From Octopus bimaculoides (Eukaryota), in NCBI RefSeq assembly GCF_001194135.2, contig NC_068984.1, positions 111,454,651 through 111,518,347 on the forward strand: DNA of 63,697 nt. The letters run 5' to 3'. Under the pieces are notes generated by a model that saw nothing but the letters and a program-made list of their open reading frames with translations, was not told the DNA's origin and ran no database searches. The translations under genes and the position numbers were made by a program. The stretch's first letter is position 1. Every line of letters starts with the position of its first letter. Positions 1 through 10,504 of this stretch are shown here, in pieces.

Positions 1-32
<32 letters not shown>

Positions 33-191
33 TTCTATTTCTTTTCTATGTTTTCATTTCTCATTGTGTTCAACGTTTTTTTTAATATCCTGTACCCATA
101 TATGCATGTATATATACATATATATGTAAGTATGTACATATATGCATGTATATATATGCATATATTTATATATTATTTATTTTATATACAT

Positions 192-385
192 AGCTGGCAA
201 AAATGAGTTGTACCTGTATTTTCAAAGGGCCAACCGTGTTGCATTCTGTGCCATGCTGAGAACTACATTCTCTCTGAGAACTACATTACGGGTATGCATG
301 TTGGTGGAGCGTTAATTTCATGAGCAGGCTGTTCTGTTGATCAAATCAACTGGAACCCTTTTCATCATAAGTGACGGAGTGCTAG
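192..385 (+). mobile_element. SINE family F, 3' part
   Basis: agctggcaaaaatgagttgtacctgtatt...atttcatgagcaggctgttc...aactggaaccctt matches copies at 10505-10830 (-) and 12870-13120 (+). Confidence 0.7.
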
Positions 386-429
386 TATTCCAAAAAGATT
401 GTAAATTGATGAACAGTGTCATGGCCACC

Positions 430-1010
430 AACATCATCATCAACATCATTTAACACCCATTTTCTGGTATGCTTGCAGGGATCAGACAGAGTTTGTCAAG
501 GTAGATTTTCTACAGTTGATTACCCTTATTGTTGCTAGCCCTCACCTGTTTCTGAGCCAAGAAATATTTTTCCATGCTTACATGTGCTTTCCATGGAAGA
601 CTGGAAATGAGCAACACTGCTTGTGTGACAGGGAAGCTTGTTTACACTCATTACATGATGTCAAGACAAGAGTATGCACAAACTCACACACACACACACA
701 CACATAGATGCACACACACACACACATAGATGCACACACACACACACACACACACTCACATAAACACATACATGCACACACATGCACACACAAACATACA
801 TATGCACTCATACACACACATACACATACATACATATACATATATATCTAGTATTTTTATTGTGTGTGTCTCTCATTTCCTTCAGTTTCCGGCTATCAAA
901 TACACTCACAAGGTTTTGGTCAACCCATGGCTATAGAACACACTTGCCCAAGGTGCCACGCAATGGAACAGAACCCAGAAACATGTCATTGAGCAGTGAA
1001 CTTCCTAGTC
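430..1010 (-). mobile_element. SINE family G, near full length: family-A-type head/CORE, internal (TG)n, RTE-like (GAT)n tail
   Basis: 876-1010 matches the family A head/CORE. 430-560 resembles the RTE 3' end (gtagaaaatctacc...catcatc). The body matches 52120-52385 and 61258-61590. Confidence 0.55.
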
Positions 1011-1776
1011 TTACAACGAAACTTGTGCTTTATTTTCAATTCAATTACAGGTGATAAGATATTCTTTTCTACTCTAGGCACAAAGACCAAAATTTTTTTT
1101 TNNNNNNNNNNNNNNNNNNNNNNNNNNNNNNNNNNNNNNNNNNNNNNNNNNNNNNNNNNNNNNNNNNNNNNNNNNNNNNNNNNNNNNNNNNNNNNNNNNN
1201 NNNNNNNNNNNNNNNNNNNNNNNNNNNNNNNNNNNNNNNNNNNNNNNNNNNNNNNNNNNNNNNNNNNNNNNNNNNNNNNNNNNNNNNNNNNNNNNNNNNN
1301 NNNNNNNNNNNNNNNNNNNNNNNNNNNNNNNNNNNNNNNNNNNNNNNNNNNNNNNNNNNNNNNNNNNNNNNNNNNNNNNNNNNNNNNNNNNNNNNNNNNN
1401 NNNNNNNNNNNNNNNNNNNNNNNNNNNNNNNNNNNNNNNNNNNNNNNNNNNNNNNNNNNNNNNNNNNNNNNNNNNNNNNNNNNNNNNNNNNNNNNNNNNN
1501 NNNNNNNNNNNNNNNNNNNNNNNNNNNNNNNNNNNNNNNNNNNNNNNNNNNNNNNNNNNNNNNNNNNNNNNNNNNNNNNNNNNNNNNNNNNNNNNNNNNN
1601 NNNNNNNNNNNNNNNNNNNNNNNNNNNNNNNNNNNNNNNNNNNNNNNNNNNNNNNNNNNNNNNNNNNNNNNNNNNNNNNNNNNNNNNNNNNNNNNNNNNN
1701 NNNNNNNNNNNNNNNNNNNNNNNNNNNNNNNNNNNNNNNNNNNNNNNNNNNNNNNNNNNNNNNNNNNNNNNNNNNN

Positions 1777-2040
1777 ATCCTACAGGAGCCAGTCAGGTGG
1801 TACTGGCAACGGCCACGCTCAAAATGGTGCATCTCATGTGCCACCCGCACAAGAACCAGTCCAGGGGCACTGGCAACGATCTTACTTGGCTTGCCGGGTC
1901 TTCTCACGCACAGCCCATTTCCAAAGGTCTCGGTCCGTAGTCATCGCCTCGGTGAGGCCCAATGTACGAAGGTCTTGCCTCACCACCTCAGCCCAGGTCT
2001 TCCTGGGCCTACCTCTTCCACGGGTTCCCGTAAACAACAG
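1777..2040 (-). mobile_element. RTE-clade LINE 3' fragment (ORF C-terminus plus start of 3' UTR)
   Basis: Minus strand 2040-1882 reads LLFTGTRGRGRPRKTWAEVVRQDLRTLGLTEAMTTDRDLWKWAVREKTRQAK*. The GRGRPRKTW motif is typical of the RTE ORF C-terminus. The 3' UTR runs into an N-gap. Confidence 0.85.
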
Positions 2041-2204
2041 ATGATTACTTCTAACTACAAAACTGAAAAAAAGAAACAGTAGACTATTCTAACGAATACA
2101 TACTTACATATATAATATACATGTAAGTATGTATGTATGTATGTATGGATGTATGGATGGATGGATGCATATGTATATATATATATATATTTATGTGCAT
2201 ATAT

Positions 2205-2244
<40 letters not shown>

Positions 2245-2701
2245 NNNNNNNNNNTATATATATACACACATATATATATATACACACACATATATATATA
2301 TACAAGCATACACATTCACATACCCATATCAACATATACACATACATAAAATAATGGAACAACAGAATGATAGACAAGCCTAATGACACGTAAAGATTAT
2401 AAACATTAATCTACATGGGTGAAGACATGATATGAATTTATATATTATTTTGTGTGTGTGAGAGAGAGAGAGTGAGAGTATCTGTGTATGTGTATGAAAA
2501 ATATATTACACACACACACATACACATGAACACATATGCATACAAATACATGCATTCAGGTATAAAGTCATTAATGCAATGAAAGAGACATGCACAAAGT
2601 CCCCTCCCATAAATTACGCCTAAATATGAAATTCATTCAACTAGAAAGATGTGCTATGTTAAGGAAATGTAATGATTACATGTGCATCTATAAATAAGTA
2701 A

Positions 2702-2742
<41 letters not shown>

Positions 2743-2744
2743 TA

Positions 2745-3195
2745 CAGAGTGCATCAGCTATTTGAGAAAAAATTTTTTAGAACCCATAAGTGACCCTAAC
2801 TTTTACTAAATATCCTCTCTTTTTTCAGCCTCAACATAGAAGTTTTAAATGTAGTTGCAGTCAGTGGGGAGACATGCTGTTCCTGTCACCTTATCTACTA
2901 ACCATTGTAAAAGATTGTAACCTTCTTCACTTCAGTGTCACAAGATCCTCTTTGTTTAAGATCAGAAAAGTGGTCCTGGCCTCTGGTGAGAATGTGCCTC
3001 TTGTGGCTAAAAGAAATGTTCTTGACAGTTAGACATGGTCAGAAGAGTAATTTTTTCAGCAAATCTGGGGCATCTTCAACAAGGAGCACAAGTCAATGAG
3101 GACCATGTGTCAGTCAATAATTTGATGTGCGATGCATGAAGACATGAGGCACAAATTGTATTTTATGAGAAGAGGGCAGTTCATGTCTGATAAAA
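2745..3195 (+). mobile_element. Tc1/mariner (maT/DD37D-like) left end with degraded transposase N-terminus
   Basis: TA followed by CAGAGTG. Interrupted frames give RHAV..., SVTRSSLFKIRKVVLASGENVPLVAKR and HEDMRHKLYFMRRGQFMSDK, which I recall as maT-type N-terminal motifs. Confidence 0.65.
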
Positions 3196-3416
3196 TGTCT
3201 GGATAAACTGGGATTTTCAGGAAGAGAAATCAGCCATCTAATTTGTACATTACAAGTGCAATCTGTGAGTGGAACAGTAAAAATATGCAAGACTTTCTCA
3301 AGTTCCAAATGTGAATTTGCCTATGTTAACAACATCCCAAAGATGGAGCCTTGTATCTGTGTTGGAAACTGGCTCCCTCCTCACTGGAAGATTCTAATAA
3401 TTAATAAATAGAAGAG
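3196..3416 (+). mobile_element. RLE-type LINE 3' end (subfamily 2)
   Basis: CLDKLGFSGREISHLICTLQVQSVSGTVKICKTFLKFQM* followed by a short UTR ending in (CATA)n. Homologous to 38282-38498 and to the C-terminus near 4180-4240. Confidence 0.75.
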
Positions 3417-3442
3417 ACATACATACATACATACATACATAT

Positions 3443-4483
3443 ATGCATGGATATATGAGCAGAAGATTATGCATGGATATGTTAGAAGAAAACTCAGAGA
3501 AGATAGTAACATCGATCATCAAAGCAGTTTATCATGGACCAATAGCCGGATTATTACCTCCCATTTTGAAGGGTATGCATTTGCAATCCAGGAACAAGAC
3601 ATATCAACCAAGTACCTGATGCACAAAAGGGATTGAGATGCAGGAAAAGTCATAAAATGTAACAAATGATGCAAACTTTGTGGAGTTCACACTGATGATA
3701 TCACACACATCATGAGCAGCTGTCTGAAAATGTCATCACTGTATTATCTACTGATGGGACATTATGTTGTAGCTAGGACACTCTATAATAAAATCCATCA
3801 GAAGGATAATACTGAGGACAAAGAAATAAGAAGCCATAGCCACTCATAATAAAAATAAATACTGGTGGACTGTACCAGTGAAGACCTCCATAAAATGTAA
3901 GCATAACAGACATAATATAATGATTTGGGATGGAGAAGAGAAACTTTGCACAGTTGTGAAAATTAGCTGCCCAGGGGATGTTAACATAAAGCTGAGAATC
4001 AATGAAAAAGAGAACATCTATGCTGAACTATTGAGAAATCTGCAGTTACACTTACCAAGTTACAAGTTCAGGTTTATACCTGTAATTGTTGGAGCCCTGG
4101 GATATATGTAACACATTACCAGTGTTGAGAAATTAGGCTTCTCAAAACCAGAAAGAAGAAAGCTAATTCAAAGACTACAGATCCAATCCATCACTGGAAC
4201 TGTAAAAATCTGCAAAACTTTCCAGAAGTTTATCATTTAAATATATATGAGCATGTCTAGATATGCAACTATATACATGAGAATACATATGTAAAACATA
4301 CAAATCTGCACATACATACATACATACATATGTACGTACATACATACATACAGACATACGTACATACATACCGTTGTTGATGTTGAAATTCCAATGAAGG
4401 GGCCTTGGATCTAGGTTAGAAACCGGTTCTTTCTCTATTGGCAAGAAATTTTGAAATAAGCAAAATAATGACATACGTTCATA
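3443..4483 (+). mobile_element. 5'-truncated RLE-type non-LTR retrotransposon (zinc knuckle plus restriction-like endonuclease), degraded
   Basis: SHFEGYAFAIQEQDISTKY, CKLCGVHTDDITHIMSSC (CCHC knuckle), IMIWD...CTVVKISCP, FIPVIVGALG, LQIQSITGTVKICKTFQKFII*. Several stops. The 3' UTR contains and ends in (CATA)n. Confidence 0.85.
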
Positions 4484-4648
4484 CAAGGCCATCTTAGTAA
4501 CATAAGAGCCCCATGGGCAAGGCAATGAACCAGGACCTATAGTACTTATTGATCTCATGCTCCAGCATACATAAATCTGTGCTGGGCCCCTAGAACTGTA
4601 AGGCCCTCTGGCAACTGCCCAGTGTGTCCATATCTTAAGGCAGCACTG
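4484..4648. mobile_element. Possible hAT-type MITE
   Basis: Imperfect terminal inverted repeats caaggccatctta / taaggcagcactg. Sits in the (CATA)n tail of the preceding LINE. Confidence 0.35.
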
Positions 4649-5050
4649 CATGCATACATACATACAATAATTAGAAATGTGAATCTCTGAGTACAGGAAA
4701 TTACAAGCCTTTTGGTCATAATGTATCAAAGAAAACTCTACATGTATGTATTGTCTTCAGTAATTTAATATTTCTGATGATAAATTGTCAAGCAATGGAG
4801 CCACAATCACAAAAGACCCTTTATTAAATCATTTTCCCTTCTCTTCATAGATTTGAATTATACAAGATTGCCATTATCCATCAGATGTCATAAACAAGGT
4901 TTAAGAACTTTCACCTTAAACAAGGCCTTGTTTAGATCAAATTCCCAATTATTTCTCTATTAAAAGATCATTATTTCCCATAGGAGAGAAGAGAGAGAGG
5001 CAGAGGCAGAGGGATAGCAGAATTAAGGAGGGGGTGAGAAAAACTGACAT

Positions 5051-5250
5051 GGTGCTGAAAAGTTTCTGGCTTTGAATAAAAGAATATACTGAAAGATAAG
5101 TTAATTGCGGTTTTATTCAACATATTGCCCTCTCAGATTTCACACTTATTGCAGTAGTCCTTCAGTTTTTCTAAGCCTTGTAAAAGAAGTTTCGGCCCAA
5201 ACCAGCCCTTTCATTATGTCCTTAAAGCCAGGAACTTTTCAACACCACCT
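5051..5250. mobile_element. Mariner-derived MITE
   Basis: TIRs ggtgctgaaaagtttctggcttt / aaagccaggaacttttcaacacc; no ORF. Confidence 0.75.
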
Positions 5251-5449
5251 TGTATATTAGAATTAAAGACCACTTCGTAAAAGATGACATACATACATAC
5301 ATGAAGCAAAACTATTGAGTTATTTTGTAACATTTTCATTACAATCACACTGAATTAGCACAGCTCAAAAAGTCTCAAAAACCTTTCTAATAATCATCTC
5401 ATTCATTTGAAAAATTAACAAACTAAATATTAATTGATATTAAATTGAT

Positions 5450-5605
5450 TGTATTACCATAAAATTTGCACTGATTTTTTCACACACAATCTTAATTACT
5501 TTTATTGATACATATAACGATTGTGTTGTATGACACTGATGCATCAACTAATCATCTCTTGTCTTCATAAAATTGAAATTACTATTTTAATAGGCTGCAA
5601 GTGCT
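5450..5605 (+). repeat. Unclassified diverged block X
   Basis: Anchors gattgtatta, ttgca, cactgat and gctgcaag are shared with 52800-52980. The cactgat-to-gctgcaag spacing is 53 nt in both copies. Confidence 0.45.
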
Positions 5606-5994
5606 AAATATAATTTAGTCAGTGAACATTGATATATTTTTGTGTATTAAATTGTATTTAGTTTATTCTTTGAAGCAAATTTGTGGTTGTCCCTTCTTGC
5701 TTTATTTATTTACTTTTTGTAAGTGGGATTTAAAAAATATGCTTGCATATTCAAAATTAATTAGTTCATTTGCTATGAGGTATGTTATGTAATTATTGAT
5801 TCATAAAGGTCTATGAGAAGTGGAAAATGAAATGAAATGAAAAAATAAAATGCAATCATACAATGTGTGTATGTATACATATGTGTGAGAGAGAGTTTGT
5901 GCATGTATATGTGCGTATGAGAGAAAGAGTGTGTACGTGTATGCAAGTGTGTATGCATATATGTGCAGCTCTTAATTATTTAATCATTTAATTA

Positions 5995-6245
5995 TATGAA
6001 GTATGATTACACCAGACATGCTCCAGTATTTGAAAAGCTGTTTTATCACTCAAGCACTTTGATTATTAACTTATTATGGTTGATATGGTTATCCAACATG
6101 TCAGAACCTCTATGAAAATGGTAAATGTTATTACATGGGAATAAGAACATGAAAACTGAAAACTAGGTCATTCTAGTGTATTAAAATTGTAATCTTTAAC
6201 TGAAGAAATGACACGATAGTTTAATACGATACTTCCAAACTAAAG
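5995..6245 (+). repeat. Unclassified diverged block Y, copy 1
   Basis: Shares tgattac.ccaga, ttgaaaagctgttttat, attaactta and cctctatgaaa with 8080-8350. Confidence 0.7.
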
Positions 6246-6257
6246 CATCATTTATCA

Positions 6258-6893
6258 TTAAGAAGACCTGGCAAGTAAAGTGAGATCACAGCCATAGCCT
6301 TTACCAGTGTCACATAACCAGCCCATTTAAAAAGTGGCTTTGAATTGACAGGCGACATGCCGCACTTGAGAAAACCTATTGAGTCAAGTAAAATCAAAAT
6401 CAAAATCACAATCAGAATCAGAATCTCAATCAAATTGAAATCAAAATGGAAATTGTAGTTGTAGCTGATGCCAGGGCTACCTGACTAGCTCCTGTGCTGG
6501 TGGCACGCAATAAGCACCATTCATGCATGTGTCAATGCCAGTGTTGCCTGACTGGCTCCCCATGTTGGTGAAACATAAAAATCACCGTTTGAACGTGGTC
6601 GATGCCAGCCACCCCCAGCCTCAACTGACTCCTGTGCTAGTAGCTCATATAAAACACCATCTGAATGTGACCAATGCCAGTGCCACCTGACTGGCTCCTG
6701 TGCTGGTAGCACGTAAAAAGCTCCCACTACACTCTCAGAGTGGTTGGTGTTAGGAAGGACATCCAGTTGTAGAAACCTTGCCAGTTGTAGAAACCTTGCC
6801 TGGTACAGCCTCCGGGCTTGCCACTCCCCCAGCCAAACCGTCCAACCCATGCCAGCATGGAAAACGGACATTAAACGATGATGATGATGATGA
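6258..6893 (+). mobile_element. RTE LINE 3' end/3' UTR with internal ~65-bp modules and (GAT)n tail
   Basis: Begins with KKTWQVK* (compare EKTRQAK* at 1882), then four gccagtgccgcctgactggctcctgtg...aaaagcacc-type modules, ggttggtgttaggaagg, and ends ggacattaaacgatgatgatg. Confidence 0.8.
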
Positions 6894-6894
6894 A

Positions 6895-7200
6895 TATTCC
6901 ATTCTACTATAGGCACAAGGCTCAAGATTCCAGGGGAGGGGATAAGTCAATTACATCGACCCCAGGGGTTGTATAATACTTATTTTATCAATCCCAAACG
7001 GACGAAAGATAAAGTTGACCCTAGTGACATTTGACAGATGAAATGTTGCTAAGCAGTTTTCCCAGCATGGTAACGGTTTTACTAGCTCGTTGTTAATATC
7101 ATCAATAATGTTGGTTTCAAATTTTAGCACAAGGCCAGTAATTTTGAGGTAAAGGTTTAGGTTGATTACATCAACCGCAGTGTTCAACTGGGACGTATTA
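6895..7200 (-). mobile_element. SINE family C fragments
   Basis: ctactataggcacaagg...atcgaccccag...gaaagataaagttgacc...atttga matches the fuller copy at 16548-16790. Confidence 0.7.
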
Positions 7201-7203
7201 TAG

Positions 7204-7353
7204 TTCTATATTTAAGAGATGAGGAATTATGTACATTATTTACATTTGATGGATATTTGTCCTCATCTTGTTAGTTGTTAACCCAGCGTTTTCGTTAAAT
7301 GTAAATAATGCACTTGATTCCTCATCTCTTAAATATAGAAAGGTATTTTTCGA

Positions 7354-7418
<65 letters not shown>

Positions 7419-7606
7419 TCACTACCTGGAATCGAACTCAGAATCTTGGGGTTAGTAGCCCGCACTCTTAACCACTACACCCACACGTTCGAAATTTCCC
7501 CAAGACATCCAATGAAGGCTGGAGGGTATATCAGCCGAAACATTATGTTAACAACAAACAAGATGAGGACAAATATCTGTCAAATGTAAGTAATGTAAAT
7601 AATGTG
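7204..7606. mobile_element. SINE family D, internally inverted and rearranged copy
   Basis: The same segments as 48289-48574 in mixed orientation: 3' end (-) 7204-7293, 3' end (+) 7297-7340, head (-) ~7415-7478, hammerhead segment (+) ~7484-7606. Confidence 0.8.
7504..7549 (+). ncRNA. Degenerate minimal hammerhead ribozyme motif
   Basis: gacat-ccaatga-a-ggctg-gagggtatat-cagcc-gaaa-catt-atgtt. Stem II is perfect, but the CUGAUGA core is mutated. Confidence 0.4.
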
Positions 7607-7722
7607 GTACTTATTATATTGACCCCAAAATGATGAGAAAGTGAAGCTGACCCCAGTGACATTTGAACGCAGAACATAAAAATAGACAAAATACTGTATG
7701 TATGTATATATGTATGTATGTA

Positions 7723-7773
<51 letters not shown>

Positions 7774-8023
7774 TGTGTGTGTGTGTGTATTCTATGGGCT
7801 TCTTACAGGTTATTGACTATCATATCCACTTACAATTCTTTGGTCAGCCTGAGGCTATAAACAAGGACCCTTGTCCCAAGTCCTACTCAGAGGGACTGAA
7901 CCCAAAACCATGTGGGTTGGGAGGCAAACTTCTTAACCATACAGGAATGCCTGGAAAATAAAATAAAATTAATTAAATGCAAAATCTTAGGTTTATACAT
8001 GTGCACATATGTATGTGTATGTG

Positions 8024-8062
<39 letters not shown>

Positions 8063-8079
8063 ATGTGTGTGCGTAATCA

Positions 8080-8350
8080 ATTACTGGCTAGCATTTTGAT
8101 TACTCCAGATACTATCCTGTTTTTGAAAAGCTGTTTTATTACTCATGCCTTCTTATAATTAACTTACATGAACTTATGCTTCCTAATTATTAATTTATCA
8201 AGGTTATTAGAGTTGGCCAACCATTTCAAAGCCTCTATGAAATAGAAAGAAACAACATTTACAAGAACATACAGAAATGAAATCTCAACTTTCTCTGGTG
8301 GATTAGAATTTTATCTTCAACCGAGAGGTTACTAGTTATTTTAACATAAT
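8080..8350 (+). repeat. Unclassified diverged block Y, copy 2
   Basis: Direct homolog of 5995-6245. 8160-8215 also resembles 53660-53705 (catg.aactt, ctaat, ttaat.tat, caag.ttat). Confidence 0.7.
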
Positions 8351-8742
8351 ATTTGCTACCAAAACCAACATTAATCTACCATTAGAAAGGGGGGGGAGGG
8401 AATCAATAAGTGAATGTAGGTGGGAGAGCAAAAATGATATGCTTTATTTTATGATGAACTTCAAATAGAGAGGAAAATTAGTCTCCATCAGGATAAGAAA
8501 AAACTTGATGCACAAACCTGAATGTGTTTGCTACCCACTCTCTGGCTAGAATCTACTCTCACCCTGAATTTGTTTCACACTACCATTACCCTGGATACTT
8601 GATGTGGAAAAAGAAAGATCAAATTGTCTGCTCCTTGATGTGATGTCACTTCCTCCATTGCTTCCAGTCCTGATGTCTCCCTTCCTCCTTCACTTGCAGT
8701 CCTGATATGTCTTCCTTCACTCCTTTGCTGAAGATAAAATAT

Positions 8743-8971
8743 TTAACCCTTTAGCAGCATTTAAACCGACCGTATCTGGTCAAAATATTCCAGCTTTTTC
8801 TTATGTTCAAACTGGCCAGATCTGGCTTCTCATACCAGCCTTACAATATCATTCTAAAAGTCAAGAGTTACCTCATCAAAATCTCAAAACTACAAAATGA
8901 TGCTTGGTTAATTCAAAACAAAGTGAATACGCATTGCATTTGACAGAATAACCTGGATGTTAAATAGTTAA
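8743..8971. mobile_element. TTAA-flanked (piggyBac-type) MITE
   Basis: ttaaccctttagca ... tgttaaatagttaa; degenerate right end. Confidence 0.55.
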
Positions 8972-9168
8972 TAAGCACCTCGTATGTTTTGGTTTCAAAT
9001 TCACTAACAAGACGGGGCTTTTTCCCTGAAAGTTTGAGTATTAGGAGCAAGTAAGACTGTGGTCAAGAAGTTTCATTACCACACCATGTAGCTTTGGGTC
9101 CAATCCCATCATATGGCATCTTTGACAAGTGTCTTCTACAATAACTCCAAGCTACATTTGGAATGGTA

Positions 9169-9396
9169 TTAACCCTTTTGTTACTGTATTTATTTTGAGA
9201 TGCTCTGTGTTTCTTTCAATTACTTTAAATATAACAAAGAATTTAGCAAAATAACTTAGTTATTATTCAGCTAGTGTTAAGAACATAAATTGTGACTAAG
9301 GTTTGGTAGAAGATTTTAATTTAGAACTTATGAAAACAAGACATTTGTACTCAGAGCCAGAGCCGGTTTCAGCCAGGTTGGTAACGAAAGGGTTAA
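9169..9396. mobile_element. TTAA-flanked (piggyBac-type) MITE
   Basis: TTAA-cccttttgttac ... gtaacgaaaggg-TTAA. A related sequence lies at 53835-53945. Confidence 0.8.
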
Positions 9397-9530
9397 GGGA
9401 GTCGTATACATTTGTATACCAATCCCTTGATACCATTCCATATACATTTGTACACCAGTTCTTCAATGGAATGAGCTAAATTCTGGTCCCTCATTAAATA
9501 CAGATGACTACCATTGACATTTGTATTTTT

Positions 9531-9665
9531 TTAACCCTTTTGATGCCAACACACATGAGAGTGCTCCTGGTTCTATGATACAAATTTTCTGCTTTAAAGT
9601 GATTTAAATTAGAACCTTCCAGCAAAATTTCCTGTTAATTTATGTTCCAAATCCCAGCTTAACCC
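9531..9665. mobile_element. TTAA-type MITE fragment
   Basis: ttaacccttttgatgccaac start; reverse-complement relative at ~54060-54197. Confidence 0.5.
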
Positions 9666-9954
9666 ATAAAGCACTTGGTGCATGGAATATTGAATCAAAT
9701 GTAACACAACCTTCTTTCTAATACCCTAATAAACTCCACCAAATTTTCACCTCCCGTTAGGTAAATACAGATATAATTTAGGTTTACATCTAAAGGCAAC
9801 CTATCAGAAATTGGTTGATCAATTCTGAAAAACTGACAAAAATGCTTAAAATAAAAACAAATATTGGTATGTGTTTATCAATTTGTGTTGCAAGATTCTT
9901 GATTTGAAATTGTGTGTTGAAACAGATATTGTTGTATTTCAGGATGGTAATTTT

Positions 9955-10316
9955 TCTTTTTATGCCAAATAAACACAATCACTATATATTTGTTCTTCAC
10001 TCGTTTATTACTGTTCTTATTCTAACTCATGTCCATTGTCCAGAAATCTTTCATAACACATCTGTGACCTCTTCCAGGGACACTTTTCGTTTTCATGTGT
10101 GCTCTTGCTCCACTTACTCCATTCTGCTCTTCATCGAAGAGCAGAATGGAGTAAGTGGAGCAAGAGCACACATGAAAACGAAAAATGTTGCCGAAGAGGT
10201 CACAGATGTGTGACGAAAGACTTCCTGACAATGGACACAAGTTAAGATAAAAACAGTAATAAATGAGTGAAGAATAAATAGATAGTATGTGTGTTTATTT
10301 GGCAAAAAAAAAAAGA
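9955..10316. mobile_element. Foldback (palindromic) element with ~170-bp arms and a 3-nt loop
   Basis: 10084-10132 and 10136-10184 are a perfect 49-bp inverted repeat around ATC. The arms continue imperfectly to tgccaaataaacaca (9963) / tgtgtttatttggca (10304). Confidence 0.9.
10186..10230 (+). ncRNA. Hammerhead-like motif in the foldback right arm
   Basis: CCGAAGA-g-GTCACA-gatg-TGTGAC-GAAA-gactt. Perfect 6-bp stem II; the core differs from CUGANGA at U4; stem I is degenerate. Confidence 0.5.
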
Positions 10317-10504
10317 AGAAAATATGACCATCCCGAAGTACAACAATAGATATTAGTATATTATTTCATATGTTATCAGAAATAGCAAGCACATAAATGA
10401 GATGCTAGAAATAGCAGCTAAATCTATCTCAGTTCACAGCCTACTGTCTTAAGAAATAAAATGGTAAACAGGACATTTGCATTGATGTCTGGTTTATTCA
10501 GTCA

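Noticed and set aside
4851-4898. Possible exon DLNYTRLPLSIRCHKQ
   Set aside because: Reasonable acceptor but weak donor, no homology and no partner exon.
6470-6730. Regularly spaced modules resembling a CRISPR array
   Set aside because: They are degenerate modules inside an RTE 3' UTR in a eukaryotic context, with no unique spacers and no cas genes.
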